In this document: one piece after another, positions 10,370 to 18,726 of the stretch
How positions within the stretch are numbered: position 1 is the stretch's first letter
Layout: each line of letters begins with the position of its first letter
The notes under the pieces: model-generated
Told to the model about the DNA's origin: nothing
Databases searched by the model: none
Seen by the model: the letters and a program-made list of their open reading frames with translations, nothing else
Made by a program: the position numbers and the translations under genes
Assembly: GCA_036397635.1 (NCBI GenBank)
Contig: DASWIP010000031.1
Coordinates: forward strand, 6,536 to 70,535
Direction of reading: 5' to 3'
DNA length: 64,000 bases
Origin: Actinomycetota bacterium
GTDB taxonomy: Bacteria; Actinomycetota; AC-67

Positions 10370-11587
10370 TCAGACAAGCTGCGACAAGAAGGTTTGCGCG
10401 GGGACGATCACGGGGCGCGACTCCTTGAACGAGTCCGCCGAATTGTACGGTGCGTCCATGACGACCTGGAATGCGTGCGCGGCTCCGACCGCCCGCTGGA
10501 AGTAGGCCAGCGAGGGAGACAATCGCGGGCCAGAGCCCTGCTTCACCTCCACGAGGAACCACGGCGTTCGATCGCGCGCAACGATCAGATCCACTTCACG
10601 TTTCTGCTTGTCGCGCAGGTAATGCATGGAGAAGTCACCGAGGCCTGCGTCGGTCCAGAAATGACACGCCTTCAGGAGTGCGGCTGCGACCATGTTCTCA
10701 GCGCGCGCGCCGGGGTCGTCGATGGATGACCAATCCCAGAGGTAGTACTTCGGCGCCTTGCGCAAGGACCGAGCGACGTTGCGCGTCCAGGGGCGGACGC
10801 TGAACAGGACGTAGAGATGCTCCAATGCGGTGAGCCACCGGCGGATCGAGTCCTGAGAGGCGCCCACTTCCGTCGCCAGCGCCGCCGTTGGAGCCGTCCC
10901 ACCCACCCGGTCCGCCACAACGTTTACGAGGTGCTCGACCTGAGCGATGTCCTGCAATCGAGTGAGATCGCGGAGGTCCTCCCTGAGGAGGCGTTCCGAT
11001 CGCAGCCGCCGCCATCGCCGCGCGAACCGCTCCTCCGCCCTCGTGAGCGGCTCGGGGAACCCACCGAAGCGCGCTAGGGCTTCGAAGGAATCGCGATCGA
11101 GCTTCTTGGGGGGCAGGATGAGCGCGTCTGGGTGCGCATTCGGTCGAACAAGTTCGCTGACCGAGAACGGGTGCATGCGATGGGGAAGGAACCGGCCCAA
11201 CAAGCTGTCTCCGCCCCGGCGGAAGATGTCGAGCCGAGCGCTTCCGGTGACCAAGATGCCGGCTTGTTCTCCGTACGTGTCGAAGAGACCCTTGAGCGAG
11301 TTCTTCCACCGGGGCATCTTGTGGATCTCATCCAACACCAGGATCGGCCTCCGGCGCCTCGCGGTGTCTAGCTCGGCGGATCGTGCGACCTCACCTGCGC
11401 CGGCCGCGAACAACCGTCGGACCTCCGGTGCGTCGGCGTTGAAGTAGCGGATCCGACCCAGCGAGGCGGGTGCAGTGCGCGAGGTGCTTGTCTTGCCTAC
11501 CTGACGGGGTCCGGACAAGAACAGCATCTGGCGGTTCTCAGTGAAGTGCTCCTTGATGACAGAGTCGTAGCGCCTTGGCACGTACAT
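10370..11587 (-). CDS. AAA+ family ATPase (COG1373/DUF4143-type)
   Basis: Walker A GPRQVGKTS, Walker B ILVLDEIH, and a C-terminal DUF4143-like region. Confidence 0.85.
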   Translation of the reverse strand: MYVPRRYDSVIKEHFTENRQMLFLSGPRQVGKTSTSRTAPASLGRIRYFNADAPEVRRLFAAGAGEVARSAELDTARRRRPILVLDEIHKMPRWKNSLKGLFDTYGEQAGILVTGSARLDIFRRGGDSLLGRFLPHRMHPFSVSELVRPNAHPDALILPPKKLDRDSFEALARFGGFPEPLTRAEERFARRWRRLRSERLLREDLRDLTRLQDIAQVEHLVNVVADRVGGTAPTAALATEVGASQDSIRRWLTALEHLYVLFSVRPWTRNVARSLRKAPKYYLWDWSSIDDPGARAENMVAAALLKACHFWTDAGLGDFSMHYLRDKQKREVDLIVARDRTPWFLVEVKQGSGPRLSPSLAYFQRAVGAAHAFQVVMDAPYNSADSFKESRPVIVPAQTFLSQLV

Positions 11588-11591
11588 GAGG

Positions 11592-11655
11592 TGACTATAC
11601 CACGGTAGGCCGCGGAACGGTCATAACTATTCCGCGGTAGGCCGTGGAATAGTCA
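11592..11655. mobile_element. MITE-like 64 bp palindromic element with 7 bp direct repeats CATGAGG at both flanks
   Basis: TIRs TGACTATA (11592-11599) and AATAGTCA (11648-11655). Internal imperfect inverted repeats CCACGGTAGGCCGCGGAA / TTCCGCGGTAGGCCGTGG surround the 12 nt spacer cggtcataacta. CATGAGG occurs at 11585-11591 and again at 11656-11662. Confidence 0.4.
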
Positions 11656-12149
11656 CATGAGGATGACCCCGTAGACGCCGCCTCCTCAACGCTGCCGCCG
11701 TGCGCGGGCCGGCGCCAGGACATCTTTGGGAACCCTCGCCATCGCGGGGAGCGGGTGCCGGAGGTGATGCTCTTGCTCTCGGCCGCGCTGGAGTCTTGCC
11801 GACCTTTGGCCGACCCTTGTCGGCTCCTACGCGTCCCTGAGAACGTATCCAGCTTGACACGTCCATCGAGGAACACGGCATGCAGCTCGAGAGTGCATCC
11901 AAGCGCTGCGACGTACTTCTTGAGCGTCGAGAGGTACACATCCTCCACGCGTTCCAGCCGGGACACGTTGGCTTGGGCTACCCCGAGCACGCGGGCTACT
12001 TCCAACTGTGTGAGCTTCCGGGATCCGCGTAGCTCGGCGAGTGCGACCGCAACACGGGCCGCGCCTTTGTGCGCCTCAACGCGAGGGCGACGTCCGGGTT
12101 CTGCGTCGACCCGCGCGCGCAGCTGGTCAAAGTTTCGCCTGCCGCTCAC
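11595..12149 (-). CDS. XRE-family HTH protein (HigA-like antitoxin) with unusual extended C-terminal tail
   Basis: HTH LTQLEVARVLGVAQANVSRLE. The GTG start overlaps the upstream toxin-remnant stop (GTGA). The stop codon and last ~20 codons lie inside the MITE-like element. Confidence 0.65.
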   Translation of the reverse strand: MSGRRNFDQLRARVDAEPGRRPRVEAHKGAARVAVALAELRGSRKLTQLEVARVLGVAQANVSRLERVEDVYLSTLKKYVAALGCTLELHAVFLDGRVKLDTFSGTRRSRQGSAKGRQDSSAAESKSITSGTRSPRWRGFPKMSWRRPAHGGSVEEAASTGSSSCDYSTAYRGIVMTVPRPTVV

Positions 12150-12343
12150 GGGAGTAGTCCTTCCTGTCGGAGCTCTGAGAGGTACACGTCATACAGGTCG
12201 TCGGCGATCGGCACCATCCGCTCGTACCACTTGTTCCACCACCTGGTCTTGTCACCACCGATGAGCAGGATCGCGCTCCTCCGGGGATCGAATGCGAAGA
12301 GAACCCGGAGGTTCCCCGCCGGCGGGATCGTCGTTGATCCCTA
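12146..12343 (-). pseudogene. N-terminally truncated RelE/HigB-like toxin remnant (C-terminal ~60 codons only, no start codon)
   Basis: Hand translation gives ...LRVLFAFDPRRSAILLIGGDKTRWWNKWYERMVPIADDLYDVYLSELRQEGLLP*, stop-to-stop with no Met. It is coupled by GTGA to the XRE gene. Its upstream end abuts the S8-gene fragment. Confidence 0.45.
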
Positions 12344-12597
12344 CGACGCAACGGCTTACGGAACCTCGTTGTCTGCGCCATGCGTCGCCGGCGTGGTAGC
12401 CCTTCCTCGAGGCGAACCTCGCGCTAACACCGCCGGCGGCCTCGGAGCGGTGGCTCGATATTCACGCGCGCCTGGGTGAGCACCGACCCGGCCACCGGCG
12501 CGCTCACGTTCGCCGTGCGGCCGGCCGACTCGGGGAGCTTCCCCAATGGCTGCGGTGGGCGAGTATCTGCACTGCTACTTCTAAAAGGGCTCGATGC
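12325..12597 (+). pseudogene. Decayed partial duplicate of the S8 peptidase gene (two 3' blocks juxtaposed, internal ~270 bp deleted)
   Basis: DNA at 12339-12420 aligns at roughly 80% with 9418-9500 (GTSLSAPYVAGVVALLVEANPALTPA block). DNA at 12440-12597 aligns at roughly 88% with 9768-9897 (RAWVSTDPTTGALTFAVRLADLGELPP...EYLRFYF block). Track ORFs 12069..12479 and 12476..12742 carry the matching peptide fragments. Confidence 0.6.
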
Positions 12598-12650
12598 CGC
12601 TGGGCTAGCTCCCGTTCGGACGAGTTGTGGGGGGGTGATCCGGCCCGGGT

Positions 12651-12686
12651 GCGATGGGGACCGGGCATCAGCCCGGTCCCCATCGC
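12651..12686. terminator. Perfect 16 bp stem / 4 nt loop hairpin (GCGATGGGGACCGGGC atca GCCCGGTCCCCATCGC), likely bidirectional terminator
   Basis: The inverted repeat was read directly. It lies 35 nt downstream of the stop of the minus-strand collagen-like gene and downstream of the S8 fragment. Confidence 0.5.
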
Positions 12687-12720
12687 GATCTTCGATGAGA
12701 TGCCTGTCGGAGGTGGTCGG

Positions 12721-13992
12721 TCAGCCCGTCACGGTTCCGTAGAACAGACACTCGACTCCAACGGGGGGAGCCCCTGGTATCGCGCGCGTGCCGACCACGC
12801 CGGAGACCACATGTCCGGCATCATCGGTGTACAGGAACGTCACCTGTGTCGGTGCCAGATCCGAGTCGAATTCGTCGGTCCCCGTCAGGGTGTCTCCGAA
12901 GGTGTCGAGCTGCGCGGCGCGCTCGACCACCAGCGTGTCGGCCCCGCGCGCGTGCCAGACGATCCTTGCGCCCGGCTCGCTGGAGCGAGCGGACAGGATC
13001 GCTACTGTTGGGGTGCTGGGGTCGAAGAATCCATAGTCGCAGCGACCGGTCAGCTCGAGTCCGGACGCCACGATGAGCGATAGCTCATCCGTCCCAGTCT
13101 TGCTGATCCGGAACGTGCTGGCGCCGTCCCCCGGTGCGCCTGCGGGTCCCTGCGGGCCTGCGGGTCCCTCCGGGCCGCTGAGACCCTGCGGTCCCGCGGG
13201 TCCAGCGAGGCCCGTCTCACCTTGCGGGCCCGCCGGTCCCGGCTCGCCTTGGGGACCGACTGGACCGGGTTCGCCCTGCTGATTCCAGCTCAACAGGCGT
13301 TCGTCCTTCTTGCATGCCGAGGGTCCATCGACCACGCGAAGCGAGCCGCCTGCGTTGCCGTAACAGGCGTAGATCGTGCCGTCCTCAGCGGGGATCTGGG
13401 CGAACGCGAACGTGGCGGTCAGCACCCCGAGGACGCTGAGCGCAGCGACGATGGGGATCGATCGGGCCTTGCGGATGATGCTGGTTCCCGTGGACATGTT
13501 CTTCCTCCTATCTGGGGCTTCCGCCCCTAACGGACCGGGATCGGTCCCGGCCACGAATTTCCTGCGGATGCGGGTTGACGACGCGAGGAGCTGCTCGAAA
13601 TCGGGGCCTTGGAAGACCAACGCACGCAGCGGCGTGCGTGCGACCACGGTCGCCGTCCTCGGCCGATTGGCCAGCAGCGATAGCTCCCCGACCATGGATC
13701 CGGCTCCGACGATCGCGACCAGATCGCCGGCTACGCGGACCTCGGCTTTGCCCTCGATCAGGAGGCAGCAGCCGCGCGCACCATGCCCCTCGACCGTGAG
13801 GGGCTCGCCGGCCTCGACCGTGATCTGGGAGCTGAGCCCGGCGATGATTCGCAGCTCGGCTGCCGTGCTGTCGGCGAACAACGGCATCTCACGCAGCGCG
13901 GCCATGATGCGCCGGCGGTGAACGACCATCCGAGCCATCTCCGCTCCTTTCGGGATCTCGCGCGATGCGACCCGAGAGGATGCTCGCGGCAA
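12721..13992 (-). CDS. In-frame fusion ORF: N-terminal cyclic-nucleotide-binding (cNMP/CAP-like) domain, TM/signal segment, collagen-like GXY repeats and an unknown C-terminal domain. An internal strong-SD start at 13497 would give the collagen-like secreted protein alone (12721..13497).
   Basis: cNMP domain [16 protein letters not shown]...GELSLL...[16 protein letters not shown]. The ATG at 13497-13495 is preceded by ATAGGAGGAAGAAC. It is followed by the hydrophobic [20 protein letters not shown] and then 17 GXY triplets ([49 protein letters not shown]). No stop separates the two parts. Confidence 0.6.
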   Translation of the reverse strand: MPRASSRVASREIPKGAEMARMVVHRRRIMAALREMPLFADSTAAELRIIAGLSSQITVEAGEPLTVEGHGARGCCLLIEGKAEVRVAGDLVAIVGAGSMVGELSLLANRPRTATVVARTPLRALVFQGPDFEQLLASSTRIRRKFVAGTDPGPLGAEAPDRRKNMSTGTSIIRKARSIPIVAALSVLGVLTATFAFAQIPAEDGTIYACYGNAGGSLRVVDGPSACKKDERLLSWNQQGEPGPVGPQGEPGPAGPQGETGLAGPAGPQGLSGPEGPAGPQGPAGAPGDGASTFRISKTGTDELSLIVASGLELTGRCDYGFFDPSTPTVAILSARSSEPGARIVWHARGADTLVVERAAQLDTFGDTLTGTDEFDSDLAPTQVTFLYTDDAGHVVSGVVGTRAIPGAPPVGVECLFYGTVTG

Positions 13993-14040
13993 GACGTAAA
14001 GGAGCTGTAAACACCGCCGCCGGCGCGGCTCTGTGACGGG

Positions 14041-17000
14041 CTAGGAGCCGTCCAGCGGCTCGCCCAAGGCGACCATGATCTGAACGAGTGCTTCGCGCGC
14101 GCCGACCTCGGCGGTTCGGCGGACCGCCTCATCGAACGCCGCCTCTCCCACGGCGTCGCGCACGAGCAGACTTGCGCCGTCGAAGGCCGCTCGTTCGGAC
14201 GGCGGCAAGACGCCTTCAGCACGTTCGAGCAGCGCGCGCGCAGCCCCAAGCGCCACCGCGGCCGCCTGCGGAGTGTCAGATGCTGCCACGACGCCGAGTG
14301 CGGTCAAGGAGCGAGCGATCTCGAATGTATCCTCGGTCTGCAGCAGGATCTCTACCGAACGCACCGCATGCGCGCGCGCCTCGACCGCATCGCCGGCCGT
14401 CATCTCCAGCGCGGTCAGGGAGCGCAGCAGCGTCCCATGCAAGCCCTCGTCGATCCCGCGCGCGGCGATCTCCAGCGCCTCGGCATAGCGCGTCCGGGCC
14501 TCGTCGAGGTCGCCACAAGCGAGGGCCACATCGCCCATGCCGATCGCACTGGCGAGCCCACCGCGAACGTAGCCGGCCACTCGCGACGCTTCCCGCGCTT
14601 CTGCGAGATGCGTCGACGCGGCGCCCAGGTCGCCGGCGGCGATGCGGCACGCCGACAGGACGAGAAGCGGCTCGATCGCGCCGAAAGTATCGCCGCTCTC
14701 ACGCATCATTCGCAGGGCGCGCTCAAGCGTGACGGACGCATTCACATATCCGCCCGTCTGATACAGCGCTGCCCCGATGTTGACGACGGCATTCCCGACG
14801 TGGCGCATCGCTCCTGCCGCGTAGGCGAGCTCGAGGGACGCCTCGTACCGCTCGAGCGCCTTCGACATGTGACCGCGGCGTTGATCCACCGAGCCGAGAT
14901 TGCCGAGAAGGGTCATCCGGTAGGTCACGTCACCGAGGGCCTCTGACATCTCGAGCGCTTCCGTCCATCGAGCGTCCGCGCCGTCGGTCTCGCCCTGCCG
15001 CCAGGCGATCACACCCAGGTTCGCCAATGCCCCGACCGCCGCGACACTATCCCCGCGCGCGCGCGCTATGGCGAGGGAACGCTCGATGAGGGCGGTCGCT
15101 CCACCCAAGTCGCCCTGCTCGGCGAGCGCCGGCGCGAGATTATGGATCGCCATGTGCTCTGTCTGCTCGTCGCCGATCCGCTGGGCGATCTCGAGCGCAG
15201 CGCGGAACGTAGTGATGCTTCCGGCGTAGTCGCCTTGATTCTTCATCGCGTTCCCGAGCGTGATCAGCGTGCTCATCTCGAGGATCTCGTCGCGCTCGGC
15301 ACGAGCGATGTCGAGCGCGTCCTCCGCGTACCCTTGGGCGCGCGGAAACTCTCCTTGATCGTTGGCTGTCGAAGCGAGAGATGTGAGGACACGCCCACGC
15401 AGGGGTGCCGTGGTCGCTTGATCCAGCGCGCGCTCGAGGTACTTCCGCCTGTCGCGCACGTAGCCTCGCCGAGCGAAGTACGGTGAGATCGCGACCGCCA
15501 GTCGCGCGGCCTCGTCGGCTCGCCGGTTGCCCGCGGTCGCCCGCTCGAGCGCTGTGGTGATGTTGTCGTGCTCCTCGGCCAGCGATGCAACCGTAACGGC
15601 GTCGCCCATCCAGGCCTTCTGCGTGGTGCTCTCGGCCACGGTCAGCACCCACCCGAGGTGAGCGTCGGCGATGCGGTCTGCCTCACCGGAGGCGCGCAAC
15701 TGCTCGGCCGCGTAATCGCGGATCACGACCAGCATCTCGTACCTGCTGGCCGACGTGGTATGTCGCATCGACAGCAGGGACTTGTCCACCAGACCGCTGA
15801 GAAGATCCAGCACCTCTGCTGCGTCGATCCCATCGCCGGCGCATACGAGGGTCGCGCTGGCGGTCGTGCATCCGCCGTGGAAGACCGACAGGCGGCGGAA
15901 GAGACAACGTTCCTCCTCGTTCAGCAGGTCGAAGGACCATGCGAGGGTACCGCGCATGGTCTGATGGCGCGGATCGCCGGTGCGGCTCCCGACCGTCAAG
16001 AGGCGCAGCGTGTCGGCAAGGTTCGCAACGAGGTCGGGAAGGCCTGCCGCACGCGTCCGCGCGGCGACCAGCTCGATCGCCAGCGGCATGCCATCGAGGC
16101 GCCGGCAGATCTCGACGATCGCACCGACGTGCGCGGCGGCGTCCAGGTGTGCGTTGGCTGCGCGCGCGCGCTCCAGGAACAGCGCAGCAGCGGGATGCTC
16201 CAGCGCCTCCTCCAGAGACCGCGTGTTTGCCGGCGGCACTGGGAGTGGTGCGATGACCGTGACGGTCTCTCCCGGCACTCGCAATGATTCCCGCGAGGTC
16301 GTGAGGATCCGCATCCTTGGGCACGCGGCGAGGATGGTTGCGCAGGCTGATGCGACCTCTTCGAGAAGATGCTCGCAGTTGTCGATCAACAACAGCGCCT
16401 GCCGGCCGGCGAGTTCGTCGAGCAGCGTATCTTGCAGTGCTCGTCCGGCTTGCTCGCGCACGCCGACCGCGGAGGCGATACGGCGGATCACCAATGAGGG
16501 GTCATCGACTGCGGCGAGTTCGACGAGCCATACGCCGTCGGGATATCGGGCGACCATCCGGTGCGCGATCTCGATGGCCAGGCGCGTCTTGCCCGAGCCA
16601 CCGGGTCCCGTGAGGGTCACCAGCCGCGCCTGGTCGAGCAGGTCGCCGACCTCTGTCTGCTCGGCCTCGCGCCCGAGGAAGCGATTCGCCGGGAAGGGCA
16701 GGTTGTGCGGGGCCGCCGTGTCGAGGATCCCGCCCACGTCGAGCGTCGCGGACTGTTTCAGGATCGCTTCGAACAGGGATGAAACCTCGGCTGAAGGGTC
16801 GATGCCGAGCGATTCGGCAAGGTGCTCTCGCAGTTCCTGAAACGCCTCGAGCGCGTCGGACTGTCGTCCCGCTCGGTACAGCGCGAGCATGCGTCTCGCC
16901 CACACTGTTTCGCGTGTCGGGAACCTGGCGCATTCGACGGCAAGCTCTTCGGCCACCCTCCGATGAGCACCCAGCGCGAGATCCACATCCGCCTTCTCTT

Positions 17001-17571
17001 CGACCGCGATCAGCCGCTGCTCGTTGAGACGAGCCGCGCCCGAGCGTGCGAAGGTGAGATCGATGCCGGTGAACGCATCCCCTCGCCACAAGCCCAGTGC
17101 CTCGGCGTACAGCGCGCTCGCATGACGGTGCGCGCCACGCGTCTCCCCTGCGCGCGCCTCGGCCAGGAGGGCGACGAATCGGCCGCTATCCACCTCGTTG
17201 CGCATGTCGACATCCAAGCGGTAGCCGCGCGGGACCGTCTCGACAACTCGTCGCCCACACATCTCTTCGAACGTCCGACGCAGCTTCGACACGTGCACGC
17301 GCAGGGCCGTTCCGGCGGTATCCGGTGGCGAGCCGTCCCACAGGTCCTCGATCAGCGCATCCACGGGGATCGGCCGCCCTTCGGCGAGCAACAGTCGCGC
17401 AAGCAACGCCTGCTCCTTCGTCGCCGAGATGGGAAGAGTCTTGCCGTCGTGGGTGACGGTCAGGGGGCCCAATATTTCGAAGAACACGCACAGAGGGTAC
17501 CGTCGGTGACGCCACGCGTGAACGCCGCCCACTCTCTGGTGCCGGGGGCCTCGATCAGCCAGGCTACCCAT
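14041..17571 (-). CDS. AfsR/SARP-family transcriptional regulator (OmpR-type winged helix + BTAD + NB-ARC ATPase + TPR repeats)
   Basis: FEILGPLTV SARP start motif, Walker A GPGGSGKTRLA, and a C-terminal ~500 aa TPR-like region. The true start may be the in-frame GTG near 17480 rather than 17571. Confidence 0.85.
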   Translation of the reverse strand: MGSLADRGPRHQRVGGVHAWRHRRYPLCVFFEILGPLTVTHDGKTLPISATKEQALLARLLLAEGRPIPVDALIEDLWDGSPPDTAGTALRVHVSKLRRTFEEMCGRRVVETVPRGYRLDVDMRNEVDSGRFVALLAEARAGETRGAHRHASALYAEALGLWRGDAFTGIDLTFARSGAARLNEQRLIAVEEKADVDLALGAHRRVAEELAVECARFPTRETVWARRMLALYRAGRQSDALEAFQELREHLAESLGIDPSAEVSSLFEAILKQSATLDVGGILDTAAPHNLPFPANRFLGREAEQTEVGDLLDQARLVTLTGPGGSGKTRLAIEIAHRMVARYPDGVWLVELAAVDDPSLVIRRIASAVGVREQAGRALQDTLLDELAGRQALLLIDNCEHLLEEVASACATILAACPRMRILTTSRESLRVPGETVTVIAPLPVPPANTRSLEEALEHPAAALFLERARAANAHLDAAAHVGAIVEICRRLDGMPLAIELVAARTRAAGLPDLVANLADTLRLLTVGSRTGDPRHQTMRGTLAWSFDLLNEEERCLFRRLSVFHGGCTTASATLVCAGDGIDAAEVLDLLSGLVDKSLLSMRHTTSASRYEMLVVIRDYAAEQLRASGEADRIADAHLGWVLTVAESTTQKAWMGDAVTVASLAEEHDNITTALERATAGNRRADEAARLAVAISPYFARRGYVRDRRKYLERALDQATTAPLRGRVLTSLASTANDQGEFPRAQGYAEDALDIARAERDEILEMSTLITLGNAMKNQGDYAGSITTFRAALEIAQRIGDEQTEHMAIHNLAPALAEQGDLGGATALIERSLAIARARGDSVAAVGALANLGVIAWRQGETDGADARWTEALEMSEALGDVTYRMTLLGNLGSVDQRRGHMSKALERYEASLELAYAAGAMRHVGNAVVNIGAALYQTGGYVNASVTLERALRMMRESGDTFGAIEPLLVLSACRIAAGDLGAASTHLAEAREASRVAGYVRGGLASAIGMGDVALACGDLDEARTRYAEALEIAARGIDEGLHGTLLRSLTALEMTAGDAVEARAHAVRSVEILLQTEDTFEIARSLTALGVVAASDTPQAAAVALGAARALLERAEGVLPPSERAAFDGASLLVRDAVGEAAFDEAVRRTAEVGAREALVQIMVALGEPLDGS

Positions 17572-17678
17572 ATTGATGGACCGCGCGGCCGGAACTCATC
17601 GGGTTCCCCTCACGGACGCGCAGGATCCACGGTGACCACGCAGGGGGTGACTTGGTCGGTCTCTGGTTCGGGTTGTCG

Positions 17679-18500
17679 TCAGGGCCTGGATGCCTTGACG
17701 ATCACCGCGGTCGCGACGTGGCTCTGTCGTTCCTGTGGGATCGTCCGGCGCATCGCCTCGATGACCTCGGCGGTGAAGAGCGGGTACATCGACGCCTCAG
17801 CGACGCCGAAGGGGCGATGGCCCCCTACCCACACGTTCGTGAACCCCGCTCGCTCGAGTTTGTCGGCGAAGACACGCTCCGCCAGGGCGCCCGACACTCA
17901 GCCGGCCCAAGCGCTGGGATCGGCTGCGACCTCGATGGGGAGCTCTGTATCGAGCGTGAGGTCCCCCAAGCAGATGCGGCCGCCGGGGCGCAGGACACGG
18001 TGGATCTCAGCCATCGCGCGGCTCTTGCGCGCCGAGAGGTTCAGCACACCGTTCGAGATCACCACATCGACCGACGCGTCGGGCAGCGGGATGTCTTCCA
18101 TCTCGCCCTGAACGAACCGGGTCCAACCGGCGACGCCCGCCGCGGTCGCGTGCGTGCCCGCTCGCTCGCACATCTCCTCAAGGATGTCCAGACCGATCGC
18201 GCTGCCGGTTGACCCGACGCGCCTGGCAGCGAGGATCGTGTCGATGCCCCCGCCGGATCCCACGTCGAGCACTGTCTCGCCGGGCTGGAGGAACGCGTAG
18301 CGGATCGGGTTGGCAACCCCGAGGGCCCAGCGCACCGCGTGGGCAGGGAGCTCAGCGAGCTCGGCGTCGCTGTAGAGCTTGCGCGCGACCGCCTCGCCAC
18401 CGCCGGACTCGATCGAGCGGTACGACTGCGCGACGTTGTCTTTGATCTCCTGTTGGAACATCAGGTCGCGGGCCATGACTCTCCTGTCGTCAAAGCTCAT
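17679..18500 (-). pseudogene. ArsM/UbiE-like class I SAM methyltransferase interrupted by a single in-frame TGA (17898-17900) at the position of a conserved Cys. Either a pseudogene or a recoded (Sec/readthrough) gene.
   Basis: SAM motif [11 protein letters not shown], then ...DPSAWAG-TGA-VSGALAERVFADKLERAGF...HVATAVIVKASRP (an ArsM-like C-terminus) in the same frame. Track ORFs 17898..18500 and 17679..17897 are one frame split by the TGA. Confidence 0.6.
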
Positions 18501-18726
18501 CCAGGAAGCGCTCCAAGTGGTCGCGGACGTGCTGCGGGATCACGTCGGACGTGCCGGTCGCTAGGAAGGACCGAACCTCCCTGGCGAACTCCAATTCTCC
18601 ACAGCAGGTCCGGCAGAACGCGAGGTGCTTCTCGACGCTCTCTTGCTCCTCGGGGGAGATCGCGTTGTCCAGGTACTCCCAGAGCCGCTTCACTGCCTCG
18701 GAGCATGGGATCAGCTGCTCGGTCAT
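18490..18726 (-). CDS. rsrA: Zinc-associated anti-sigma factor (ZAS, RsrA-like)
   Basis: HLAFCRTCC (HxxxCxxC) motif and ~78 aa length. Overlaps the downstream methyltransferase start by 11 nt and the upstream sigma gene stop. Confidence 0.8.
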   Translation of the reverse strand: MTEQLIPCSEAVKRLWEYLDNAISPEEQESVEKHLAFCRTCCGELEFAREVRSFLATGTSDVIPQHVRDHLERFLDEL

